Below are positions 12,333-21,893 of a stretch of 64,000 bases of DNA, in pieces. Each line of letters opens with the position of its first letter. Positions within the stretch are counted from its first letter, which is position 1. Made by a program: the position numbers and the translations under genes. Origin of the DNA: an uncultured Gammaproteobacteria bacterium (GTDB lineage: Bacteria > Pseudomonadota > Gammaproteobacteria > UBA9214); assembly GCA_963773065.1 (NCBI GenBank), contig CAVYZN010000006.1:128001-192000 (forward strand), given 5' to 3'. Below the pieces are notes generated by a model. It worked only from the letters and a program-made list of their open reading frames with translations, was not told the origin of the DNA and did not search any database.

Positions 12333-13238
12333 ATGAGGATAGCCATTCTTTCAAGGAATCGAAAACTCTATTCCACGCGCAGACTGGTCGATGCGTGCGA
12401 GGGACGCGGCCACGAGGTGCTGGTGCTCGACACCCTGAAGTGTTACATGGACATCGCCTCCATGCGTCCCAGCGTGCACTACCGGGGCGAGGAACTGCCG
12501 CCTTTCGATGCCGTCATTCCCCGCATCGGGGCTTCCATCACGTTTTACGGAACGGCCGTCGTCCGGCAGTTCGAGATGATGGGCACCTATCCGCTGAATG
12601 AATCCGTGGCCATCAGCCGCTCGCGCGACAAGCTGCGCTCCCTGCAGATTCTGGCGCGCGCCGGCATCGGGCTGCCGCTCACCGGATTCGCCAGCTCCCC
12701 GGACAGCACTCATGATCTCATCCAACTGGTGAACGGGGCCCCCCTGGTGGTCAAGCTGCTGGAAGGCACGCAGGGCCGGGGGATCGTGCTGGCCGAGACC
12801 GTCAAGGCCGCGGAAAGCCTGATCGACGCCTTTCGCGACCTGAAGGCCAATTTCCTGGTGCAGGAATTCATCAAGGAGGCGAGTGGTTCCGACATCCGCG
12901 CCTTCGTGATCGGCGACAAGGTGGTGGCCGCCATGCGGCGCACGGCCAGGGAGGGGGAGTTCCGCTCCAACCTGCATCGCGGCGGCAGCGCCACTCTGGC
13001 CAGGCTCGCCCCGGAAGAACGTTCCATCGCGATCAGGGCGGCGCGCAAGATCGGGCTGAATGTCGCCGGCGTCGATCTGTTGCGTTCCCATCGCGGACCG
13101 CTGGTGATGGAAGTCAACTCATCGCCGGGACTCGAAGGAATCGAGAAGGCGACCGGCGGGAATATCGCCAGCCTGATTGTCGAGTTCATCGAGAACAATC
13201 ACAAGCCGCACCGCACCCGCACGCGCGGCAAGGGCTGA
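12333..13238 (+). CDS. rimK: Ribosomal protein S6 glutamate ligase RimK (ATP-grasp)
   Basis: LYSTRRL...[15 protein letters not shown]...[10 protein letters not shown]...FRSNLHRGG...[12 protein letters not shown]. Confidence 0.95.
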   Translation: MRIAILSRNRKLYSTRRLVDACEGRGHEVLVLDTLKCYMDIASMRPSVHYRGEELPPFDAVIPRIGASITFYGTAVVRQFEMMGTYPLNESVAISRSRDKLRSLQILARAGIGLPLTGFASSPDSTHDLIQLVNGAPLVVKLLEGTQGRGIVLAETVKAAESLIDAFRDLKANFLVQEFIKEASGSDIRAFVIGDKVVAAMRRTAREGEFRSNLHRGGSATLARLAPEERSIAIRAARKIGLNVAGVDLLRSHRGPLVMEVNSSPGLEGIEKATGGNIASLIVEFIENNHKPHRTRTRGKG

Positions 13239-13283
13239 AACGCGGCGGCACGCGGAGGTGATCACCGGCATCACGGTCGCGCC

Positions 13284-14226
13284 TCACATGAATGCGACGT
13301 TTTCCACCAGGCTGCTCGGGTCCTTGTGTATCAGGATATCCGCCTCGGGCAGCATGGCCCTGATGTTTGCCTCCACTTCGTCGGCGATCTCATGGGCGTC
13401 GAACAGCGACAGGTCATCGTCGAGTTCCAGATGCAACTGGATGAAGATGTCATGTCCCGAGCGGCGGGTGCGCAGATCGTGAACGCCGCGCACCCGTTGC
13501 ATGGGCGAGCGCGGCGCTGCGGATACGCAGGCGCTGTTCATCCGGCAATTCCCGGTCCATCAGCAACTGAAAGGCCTCGTTGCCGATATGCCAGGCGCTG
13601 TAGAGGATATAGAGCGCGATACCCAGGGCGAACAGCGCGTCGCTGCCCGGCCAGCCGTATCCCGTGAGCAGCAGGGCGGCAATGATGCTGGCATTGGTCA
13701 GCAGGTCGGTCTTGTAGTGCAGGGCATCCGCCTTGATCGCCGTCGAGCCGGTTACCTTGACCACATGGCGCTGTACCAGCAGCAATGCCAGTGTGGCAAT
13801 GATCGCGAATACCATGATCCCCACCCCGACCGCCACGTCCGCCAGCGGGCGCGGATGCAACAGCCGGTCGAAGGCCTGCAGGATCAGAAACAGCGCCGAG
13901 CCGGCGATAAAGGTCGTCTGGGCCAGGCCGGCCAGGGACTCGGCCTTGCCGTGGCCAAAGCGATGCTCCCGGTCGGCGGGCATGAGCGCATAGCGCACGG
14001 CAAACAGATTGATGAGGGAAGCAGCGGCATCCATCATCGAGTCGATCAGGGAGGCCAGCAGGCTGACCGATCCGGTCATCAGCCAGGCCACCAGCTTGCC
14101 GGTGATCAGGATGCCGGCGGTTGCCACCGAGGCGTGGGTGGCGAGGCGCAGCAGCCGGGGATGATGGGAGATGTCGTTGGATTTCTGCATGACAACGGGT
14201 TGTGAGTCTTCCATGATAGTGCGCAC
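13284..14226 (-). CDS. fieF: Cation diffusion facilitator FieF/YiiP (frameshift near 13500)
   Basis: SLLASLIDSMMD, HRFGHGKAESLA, ADALHYKTD; C-terminal GVHDLRTRRSG...IHKDP lies in a second frame. Confidence 0.9.
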
Positions 14227-14345
14227 CCTGCCCGCGCCGCGGCGCCGTCAGCCGGGCCTGCGGATCCTCGGGATCAGGCAGGCCGTATGGTATCACCGAC
14301 GCCGTCACCTACTAAGGCTTTCGTCAGCGGGACCACGCTGCCGGG

Positions 14346-14454
14346 GCACGGTCCGGGGCGGGCTTGCCGGAACCCGCCGTGAATACGTCCCTGTAGGTCG
14401 GCGTGCCGCCGTCCGGGCGGCACACGGTTCCGGCAAGCCCGCCCCGAACCGCGC
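14346..14454. repeat. Palindromic repeat element with core GCCGTGAATACGTCCCTGTAGG
   Basis: Long stem (ggggcgggcttgccggaacc / ggttccggcaagcccgcccc) enclosing a core shared with 26982 and 54258. Confidence 0.7.
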
Positions 14455-14521
14455 GGCATGACCCTGGATGGTCCTGGTACCTCCGTTATTTTTCCGCTGG
14501 CGATCGCCCGTCGGGACCGCC

Positions 14522-14962
14522 TCAGCCGTTGAGGTGCGTGCGGGTCCAGCGCACGATGTCCGGCGCGCCCATGGCGCCCGCCTGGCGCGCCAGTTCCTGT
14601 CCATGGTGAAACAGGGCCAGAGTCGGAATGCTGCGGATGCCGTAACGCGCGGCGATGGACTGCTCGATCTCGGTATTGAGCTTGGCCAGCCGCACCCGCG
14701 GCTCAAGCTGCGAGGCCGCCTGCACGAAGGCCGGCGCCATCATCTTGCAGGGTCCGCACCAGGGCGCCCAGAAATCGACCAGCACGGGGATATCGTTGCG
14801 CTCGAGCTGTTTCTGGAAATCGGCGCCGGTCAGTTCCAGCGGATGGGCGGTAAAGAGCGCCTGGTGGCATTTGCCGCACTTCGGGCCGTCACCGAGCCGC
14901 GCCCCGGGTATCCGGTTTACCGCGCCACACCCGGGGCAGACGATGTGAAGGGCATCGTTCAT
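14522..14962 (-). CDS. trxC: Thioredoxin 2 (Zn-finger thioredoxin)
   Basis: CPGC...CGKC zinc finger followed by WCGPC. Confidence 0.95.
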   Translation of the reverse strand: MNDALHIVCPGCGAVNRIPGARLGDGPKCGKCHQALFTAHPLELTGADFQKQLERNDIPVLVDFWAPWCGPCKMMAPAFVQAASQLEPRVRLAKLNTEIEQSIAARYGIRSIPTLALFHHGQELARQAGAMGAPDIVRWTRTHLNG

Positions 14963-15022
14963 GGTTTGCGTTCCTCCGTTATCGACCGCCAACGGTCGCC
15001 GGCAGGCGTGTCCGCCTGCATG

Positions 15023-15345
15023 TCATCGGGACCCGGATTCGAATCGCCGCAGTTGGGCGCGCAGGGATTCGAGTTCATCCAGCAGGTCCAGCACCAGGGC
15101 CACACCGGCAGGATTGATGCCCAGGTCCCGCTGCAGATGCATGGCGATGCGGGCGCGTCCCAGGCTGGGGCCCGGGAAACACCATTCATCAGGTCGCGGC
15201 CCACGGGTTCCAGTATGCCTTCGTCGACCAGCTCGACGATCCGCTCGATGCGCACGGAACACGCATAACTCAGCTCATCCAGCGTCAGGGTCGTGGTTTC
15301 ATCCAGGATCAATCCCGTCAGTACCGGTAGCTTCTCGTCTTGCAT
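15023..15345 (-). CDS. cbpM: Chaperone modulator CbpM (frameshifted)
   Basis: LTLDELSYAC...LVDEGILEP plus LQRDLGINPAGVALVLDLLDELESLR in a second frame; downstream of cbpA. Confidence 0.85.
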
Positions 15346-15351
15346 GGCTGC

Positions 15352-16284
15352 TTACACTCCCAGTCGGGATCGTGGATTGAACGCCAGTTCCTGCTGCATG
15401 GTGCGGTAGAACTCCCGGGCGGCCTCGGTTTCCGCCGGCGGCAGCGCGATCTGCAGCTCCACATACAGGTCGCCGGCCGGATTCCCCGGAATGCCGCGCC
15501 CCTTCAGGCGCAGCTTCCGGCCCGCCGCCGAACCCGCGGGTACGGTCAGGTCGACGACCCCTTCCGGCGTCGGGACCTTGACCTTGGCGCCCAGCGCCGC
15601 CTCCCAGGGCGCCAGCGGCAGGTCCAGGTAAAGATCACGCCCGTCGGCACGGTACAAACGGTGCGGCTTGAATTCCACTTCCAGATACAGGTCGCCGGCC
15701 GGCCCGCCGCCCAATCCCGGCGTGCCCTGACCGGCCAGCCGGATATGCTGGCCTTGCCTGACCCCCTTGGGGATGCGCACGCTCAGGGTGTGCTCCCGGA
15801 TGCGTACATGGCCCTGCCCGTCGAGCTGCGGGGCGTGCAGGGTGATGGTGCGGGTCGCGCCGTGGTAGGCGTCCTCCAGATCGATCAGGATCCTGGCATG
15901 GTGATCCTCGCCGCGGGCGTGAAAGGTCGCGCCGCCGGGACGCCCCGCCCCGGCCCGCCCGAAGAGGGATTCGAAGAAGTCGCTGAAGGCGCCGCTGTCG
16001 GCGTAACCGCCGCTGAACTCGAAACCGGCATCCCAGTCAGGCGGCGGCCGGAATTCCTGCCCCGCCTTCCAGTTGGCGCCGAGTTGATCGTAGGCGGCGC
16101 GCTTTTCCGGATCCTTGAGCACCTCGTAGGCTTCGCCCAGTTCCTTGAACCGCGCCTCCGCATCCGGTTCCTTGCTGACATCCGGATGGTATTTGCGCGC
16201 GAGTTTGCGGTAGGCGCGCTTGATCTCGTCCTGGGTGGCATCGCGCGCCACGCCCATGATGGTGTAATAGTCTTTGAACTCCAT
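15352..16284 (-). CDS. cbpA: DnaJ-class chaperone CbpA
   Basis: MEFKDYY J-domain with HPD, no Zn finger, APWEAALG C-domain. Confidence 0.95.
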   Translation of the reverse strand: MEFKDYYTIMGVARDATQDEIKRAYRKLARKYHPDVSKEPDAEARFKELGEAYEVLKDPEKRAAYDQLGANWKAGQEFRPPPDWDAGFEFSGGYADSGAFSDFFESLFGRAGAGRPGGATFHARGEDHHARILIDLEDAYHGATRTITLHAPQLDGQGHVRIREHTLSVRIPKGVRQGQHIRLAGQGTPGLGGGPAGDLYLEVEFKPHRLYRADGRDLYLDLPLAPWEAALGAKVKVPTPEGVVDLTVPAGSAAGRKLRLKGRGIPGNPAGDLYVELQIALPPAETEAAREFYRTMQQELAFNPRSRLGV

Positions 16285-16422
16285 GAGTTACTCTCGCCGC
16301 CAACCCACTCGCGCCGGCCGCGCTATCGACCGGGCAAGTATGCGAGAATAGCGGCCGGCGGACACGTACACAAGGCGCCCGCCGGCCTATCCGGAATTTG
16401 CATTGGGAGGAGATCACCGATC

Positions 16423-17211
16423 ATGGCGAAGAGAATGTTCACGGCCGTATTGTTCACACTGACGGCGCTAGTCGCGGCGCTGCCGGGCCGGGCCGACACG
16501 ACCATCCGGCTGGACGGTTCACTGAATGCGGCGAACGCCCTCATTCAGGTAAAGGACAACATGGCGCGCCTGGCGCAAGCCAGCCAGCCCGCCTACGTGC
16601 TCTATGACAAAACCCGCGACGTCGCCATTTATGTCGATACGGCCAAGCGGACCTATACCGAGATCGACCAGCAAACGCTGAAGGGATACGCCGGGATGGC
16701 ATCCGCGCTGCGCGAGCAGCTGCAAATGCTGCCGCCCGCGCAACGCGCCCTGCTCGAGGAGCGCATGGGCGGCATGCTGGGCCTGCCGCAGGGCGGGTTG
16801 CCCGAGCTCGGCGAGCTGCAAACGCTCGCGCGCGGCAACCGCACCATCGCCGGCTTCCACTGCCGCTTGTACGCCCTGCTGAAAGCCCGGCAGCCCATCG
16901 GCGACGTCTGCCTGAGCTCCGCCGCCGAGGCGGGTGTTTCACCGGCCGATTTCGCCACCCTGATGGCCATGATCGATTTCCTGCGCCATGCGGCCGGCAC
17001 GGCCCAGGAACTGACCGGCGGCCTGACCGAGAGCACCCGCCTGCTGCTGAGCGGATTGCCGGGGGTGCCGGTGGCGGCGCGGGATTACCAGAGCCGCCAG
17101 CAGTTCATGGTGGCCGGCGTCTCCGGCAAACCACTGGATGCCGGTCTCTTCACCGGCTACCGGGGCTACCGCCAGCAGGACCTGATGGAGGCGATAGCGC
17201 TGGGCCGTTGA
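16423..17211 (+). CDS. Exported hypothetical protein (DUF4412-like)
   Basis: Signal peptide MAKRMFTAVLFTLTALVAALPGRA; YVDTAKRTYTEID and TIAGFHC motifs; GGAGG RBS. Confidence 0.65.
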   Translation: MAKRMFTAVLFTLTALVAALPGRADTTIRLDGSLNAANALIQVKDNMARLAQASQPAYVLYDKTRDVAIYVDTAKRTYTEIDQQTLKGYAGMASALREQLQMLPPAQRALLEERMGGMLGLPQGGLPELGELQTLARGNRTIAGFHCRLYALLKARQPIGDVCLSSAAEAGVSPADFATLMAMIDFLRHAAGTAQELTGGLTESTRLLLSGLPGVPVAARDYQSRQQFMVAGVSGKPLDAGLFTGYRGYRQQDLMEAIALGR

Positions 17212-17309
17212 TCCGTCGCTCAGCCGCTGGCCCGCCGGCCCTGATGCAATACCGGGCGGTGACGCTGTAATTCCCGGCGCCGCGGCAGTTTGACGCATGA
17301 TATCGCCGC

Positions 17310-18617
17310 CTAGAGCAGGTTGGCGTAGTCCAGCTCGATCTGCTTGAGGTTCAGGCGGTTCAGGAAATTCGAATAGCACATCCAGGCGCTCAGGGCGTTG
17401 GGGTCGGCGATCTGCGGCGGCATGAAGCGCGGCTTGGCGACGATGCCCTCCTCGACCAGTTGGGCGAGGGTGCGCATGTCGTCCAGTGTGGTCTTGCCGC
17501 AGAACAAGAGCGGAATGCGGTCGAGCATGCCCTTGCGCACGGCCAGTTGGATATAGTTGTACACCATGATGAAGCCGCGGCTGTAGGCGAGGTCCTTGGT
17601 GAAGGGTCCGCCGGTCGGCGTGCTGCCGCGGAACACGCGGGTGACCAGTGAATAACTCTCCTGATCCTCGTAGCCCTGCTCACGGAAAAACGCGAACACT
17701 TCGAGGAAATCGGCGCCGCGTTCCGCCATGTCGACGCCGTGTATCCGGTTGGTCACCTTCTTCAGCCGGTCCGGGTGCGAGGAAAAGGTGAAGATCTCGA
17801 TCAGGATCGCCAGCCCCTCCTGGGTCACGGTGGCCGACGGCGGCCCCTTGCTGAGAAAGGTGCAGTAGGGCTGGCTCTCGCCGTTCAGCGTGGTGCCGAT
17901 GTGGACCCAGCCCTCGTGGACCTCCAGTATCCGCAGGTCCCGTTCGCTGAACCGCGCCTCCTTGCGTATCTTCAGGTAGTCCGACCCGGCCGAGGCATCG
18001 GCGAGGATGCCATCGCTCAGTATCACCCGCACCTTGCGCTCATTGCCGGGATATACCCGGTCGAGCCGTTCCTGCAGCAGCCCCACCGCCTCCTCGCCGC
18101 TGATCGACTTAGGCTCTTCGGGCAGCAGCTTGCGATCCCGGATGTTGGCCAGGGCATCGGACATCATGACGCCGAGATCCGCGACGGTCGGGTCCCCGAC
18201 GTGGAAGACATCGCTCGCCGAACCATAGAGTTCCTGCGAGAGGCGGGTGAAATCGGGCGTGCCGCGCGCCTCGAGCATGCGCACCACCATCTGATACTCG
18301 CGGCACATGCGGCGCATGATCTGGCTGACCGGATTGAACTGGCCCAGGCGGCGCACGATCTCCCGCTCCAGGTCATGGAACTCGCTGCGTTTCTCGCGCG
18401 CGTCGAACCCCAGCGGGCGGGCGTCATAGTAGCCGCGGTCGACCGGGGGCAGCGCCTTGCAGCCGGCAGCGAAGAAGGCCTGCTCGATGGTGTCGTCCCA
18501 CTTGATGGCGTCGAGGATGCGGATCGGCGACTGGACCTGCACCAGCCGGTCGGACAGCTCGCGCAGGCCCTGCAGATAGGCCGATTTCTCAGGCAGCGGT
18601 TTCATGGATGGCGACAT
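17310..18617 (-). CDS. QEGLA-motif metallopeptidase (DUF1704/TIGR02421 family)
   Basis: VHEGWVH metal motif, TQEGLA, RVFRG and FTKDLAY. Confidence 0.9.
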   Translation of the reverse strand: MSPSMKPLPEKSAYLQGLRELSDRLVQVQSPIRILDAIKWDDTIEQAFFAAGCKALPPVDRGYYDARPLGFDAREKRSEFHDLEREIVRRLGQFNPVSQIMRRMCREYQMVVRMLEARGTPDFTRLSQELYGSASDVFHVGDPTVADLGVMMSDALANIRDRKLLPEEPKSISGEEAVGLLQERLDRVYPGNERKVRVILSDGILADASAGSDYLKIRKEARFSERDLRILEVHEGWVHIGTTLNGESQPYCTFLSKGPPSATVTQEGLAILIEIFTFSSHPDRLKKVTNRIHGVDMAERGADFLEVFAFFREQGYEDQESYSLVTRVFRGSTPTGGPFTKDLAYSRGFIMVYNYIQLAVRKGMLDRIPLLFCGKTTLDDMRTLAQLVEEGIVAKPRFMPPQIADPNALSAWMCYSNFLNRLNLKQIELDYANLL

Positions 18618-18769
18618 CTCGAAGTGGCATACCCCCACAATACGGATAAAGCCGGGTGATCCGCAAGCCGCATGCGCCCGATGCAGGCGGTTCAACACGG
18701 GGAGAACGGCTACACGGCGCGGGCCGGCGCAAGGGTTTTCCTCGCCTGTGCTGTGCAATGCAGAGCCTT

Positions 18770-18912
18770 TTCCAATGAGACAGAGACTGAACGGGGGGCG
18801 TGATTCCAACGTGGAATGAGCCTGAAGGCGGTCGGGAGTTTGGGATCATCGGAGGATGAACGTGACTCTACGTACCCAAGGACTCCAGACCCTGGAGCAA
18901 CTCCGCGCCTTG
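18770..18912 (+). mobile_element. Truncated IS left end with transposase N-terminal remnant
   Basis: TTCCAA-N-TGAGCCTGAA-type end motif (two imperfect copies), then GGAGG-ATG encoding MNVTLRTQGLQTLEQLRA, after which the frame degenerates. Confidence 0.55.
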
Positions 18913-18947
18913 TCTTCAACAATCAGTATCTTTGCGCCCGACAAAAA

Positions 18948-20046
18948 TCAGGCTCCTTTTTCGCTCCTTGCCTCAAAGGAAATCGTAAATTCGGCTCCAC
19001 CGTCCGCGCCGATATGGATGCTGCCGCCAAGCTGCTCTGCCAGAACGCAGACTAATTTCAACCCCAGTGAGTCGCTCTTCTGCACTTCGAGGCCCTCAGG
19101 AAGTCCCACGCCATCGTCACTGACGGTCAGCAGGATTTTATTCCCGGCGTCACGGCGCAAGTCGATGCGGATTTCACCTGTTTGCGTTGCACCTCTTGAA
19201 GCCGGAAAGGCATACTTCAACGCGTTTGAGACCAGTTCATTGATAATCAAAGCGCAAGTGATTGCCGTATCAATGTCCAGGGAAACGTCTTTCACAGATA
19301 TTTTCGATCGAATGGCCCTGGCGGCCGCTCCATAAGAAACGAAGAGGTAGTTGGTTAGGCTTCTGATGTATTCGGGAAAGTCTATCCTTGCCAGCGACTC
19401 GGACTGATACAATTTTTCATGAATAAGCGCCATAGTGTAGATCCGGCTCTGGCTCTCTTTAAAAAGGGCGATCGCCCCCTCGTCTTTAACTTGAGGCAAC
19501 TGAAGGTTGAGCATGTTCTGAATGATCTGGAGGTTATTTTTGACGCGGTGGTGTATTTCCTTAAGCAGCACTTCTTTCTCTCTCAGCGACTTTTTTACCT
19601 GTTCCTCCACCTTCTTACGCTCTTCCATCTCGTCCCGGAGCTGTGCGTTGGTTTGCTGCAATTCGTGGCGGGCGGCTTCCGTCTTCACACGCTCCCCGTT
19701 AAAGTCCTCAAGCAGGTTCAACATTGCGCTCTGCGTTCCCTCGAGCCGGGATTTTTCTCCGGAGAAGTCCTCAAGGACATTGAGCACGGCCCGCTGTGTT
19801 TCCTCAAGGCGGCCTTTCTCGCCGGTAAAGTCCTCCAGGATGTTAATGACCGCGCTTTGCGTGCCTTCAAGACTCATCTTTTCCACGGAAGAATCTTCAA
19901 ATGATATTCAGGACCGCGCGCTGAGTTTTTTCGAGCTGCGCCTTCTCCTCCGAAAAGTCTTCGAGGATGTTAAGTATCGCCTTGGTATAGTCCGCGGCGC
20001 CGATCTCCGCTGTTCGTTTTGAGACCGTAAAGACCGTGTCGTTCAC
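18948..20046 (-). CDS. Cytoplasmic HisKA_2/HWE-type histidine kinase with N-terminal 21-aa repeats (frameshift near 19900)
   Basis: [12 protein letters not shown]-box, [22 protein letters not shown]. The GTG start overlaps the upstream stop (GTGA). Confidence 0.88.
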
Positions 20047-20667
20047 TGCTCGGCCCTCTCACCCGGCGTGGTCTTCCGCAGCGCATTGTTTTCTTTCCGC
20101 AGCTCTTCAATCTCTTTCTTCAATTCGATCATCTTGAGTTCGCGCCCGACAGTAAGTTTTTGGAACCGCTCCAGTTCCGACAGACGATCGAGCTCGCGGG
20201 CGCGCTGCTCTTCCCTCGCGCGCTGTTCCGCGATCTTCGACTCGGCCTCTCTTTGCGCGGTCACATCGCGCGCGGCGGCGAACACACCCAGGACCTTGCC
20301 TTGCGCGTCGCGATAAACCGAGGCGTTATAGAGCACGTTGGTGAGCCGGCCGTCTTGTGCCTGATGGTCAGCGGGTAATCAGTAACGGAGCCCTTCGCGA
20401 AGACTTGCTCGTAGCCCTTTCTGGCATTATCAGGCTCCGTGAAATAGTTTGAAAAGTCCACACCGATGAGCTTGTGGCGGGGACGCCCGTTACTTTTATC
20501 GTCGCTTCATTAACGTCCGTGATCTTGCCTTCGGTGCTGATCGTCACCAGAGGGTCGAGAGACGCCTCGATCAGACTCCGGGCATACTGGGACGCCTGCT
20601 TCTGCTCCTCCGCTGTCAGAGCGGCATCCAGCATCGGCGATTTTAACTGTTCACTCTTGCTTTTCAT
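20043..20667 (-). CDS. Single-PAS protein with C-terminal coiled coil (frameshifted)
   Basis: YARSLIEASLDPLVTIS...DFSNYFTEP...YNASVYRD...GVFAAARDVT...GRELKMIELKKEI across three frames; GGAGG RBS. Confidence 0.8.
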
Positions 20668-20744
20668 TACTGCTGCTCCTCCTTTGTCAAAACCTTCTGA
20701 TCGCCCGTTGAATTTCAGATTTGCGCTTTTGGCTCTCGGAAGAA

Positions 20745-21400
20745 GTATAGGACAAATAACCACCCGTTTCTAAAAGTACACGGCCCCTGAAAACAACGGA
20801 TGCCTCGCTTTTCACCCCGATTTCAGCCAAGGCCAGCCAAATGCGGACGCTCCGCCGGAAAATCCTTCACGTACACCACCATTTCGGCCCGTTGCGGCAC
20901 TCGAGCCAACAAATAGCCTAACGCGTCAACAGGGGTAGCAGCAACTTGAGCGGAAAGCCGGGTTCCTTAGTCTCTTAGCCCAGGCGAATAAGCCGCCATG
21001 CGGTGGTGCCTGACTCTCGGGTGACGGATCGTTTCTGTTGCAGGGGCTTGTTCATCCAGGCGGGTCAGAATCTTCTCAATGACCACGGGTCTTCTCGGCT
21101 TTGGCCTCCTGCGTCGCCCTACCTCCTGCATCCATGCCGTCGGATACACGCGATGACGTGCATGTATGCACTAATGCCGCGGGCGCATGGATGCGCAGGA
21201 GCGGCGATCCTGACAGAGCCACCACATTCACGGCACGTCTCGATGTCGATCTCGCCTAAAGCGCCTACTGTTGGTGGAGACGCGCTTGAGCCTTTGCACC
21301 CAGGCCATAGCGGCATGACGTTCGGCGGACCAACGATAATGCCCTGGTGGTCTTGCGACTCGTCCAGTGTTTTGATCTTTTTCCTTTGCCGCGCCGGGCG
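20745..21400 (-). mobile_element. IS91/ISCR-family transposase 3' remnant with oriIS-like end
   Basis: Fragments WVQRLKRV, IDIETCRECGGSVR, VIACI and PVVIEKILTRL. Minus-strand GGGTGGTTATTTGTCCTATAC at 20745-20765 resembles ISCR oriIS. Confidence 0.75.
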
Positions 21401-21434
21401 GGTGTGACCTGCACACGATGCTTGCTAAGGCATC

Positions 21435-21535
21435 CATCTCGGCCAGCGTATGCAACTGTTCGTCGTTCATATCGATTACCATGCCTCGCATCATGATCGA
21501 TACCAGTTGTCAGTTCAGATTCAAACCCCATTGAA
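21435..21535 (-). mobile_element. Second truncated IS left end with transposase N-terminal remnant
   Basis: MVIDMNDEQLHTLAEM, preceded ~30 nt upstream by TTCAATGGGGTTTGAATCTGAA; same layout as 18804-18856. Confidence 0.5.
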
Positions 21536-21893
21536 CAATGCTGATGCTTGGCAGGCAGTGTGTGTTGGCGCACTATGAAGCGCCGGCCATGCAGGAACGG
21601 TCAGTTCGGCGAACTTGCTACCGAAGACCTGGTGCGGCTGGCCGCGTCCCGAGGACGACAAATACCATTCGCAGCGACAAACAGCGAACCCGATGTTCGC
21701 GGTATCGGGGCAGGGCGTCTGAAAGCGCCGCTGTGGCGCCACTGTCCGCAGTGGTAACATGCCGGCTATATCGGAACGCATTGAGTCACTACACGTCGAT
21801 ATCAGCATATCCCGTCAACCCCAATCCACACGAGGATACAGCCGTGCGGTTTTTTTCAAGGCAATCATCACCGGATCACCACAGGAGGCGCTT

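Noticed and set aside
15340-16422. N-terminal part of the 623-aa ORF
   Set aside because: Antisense to cbpA; the real gene starts at 16423 with an RBS and signal peptide.
19700-19990. 63-bp periodic repeats as a CRISPR array
   Set aside because: Degenerate, in-frame coding repeats with no unique spacers and no cas genes.
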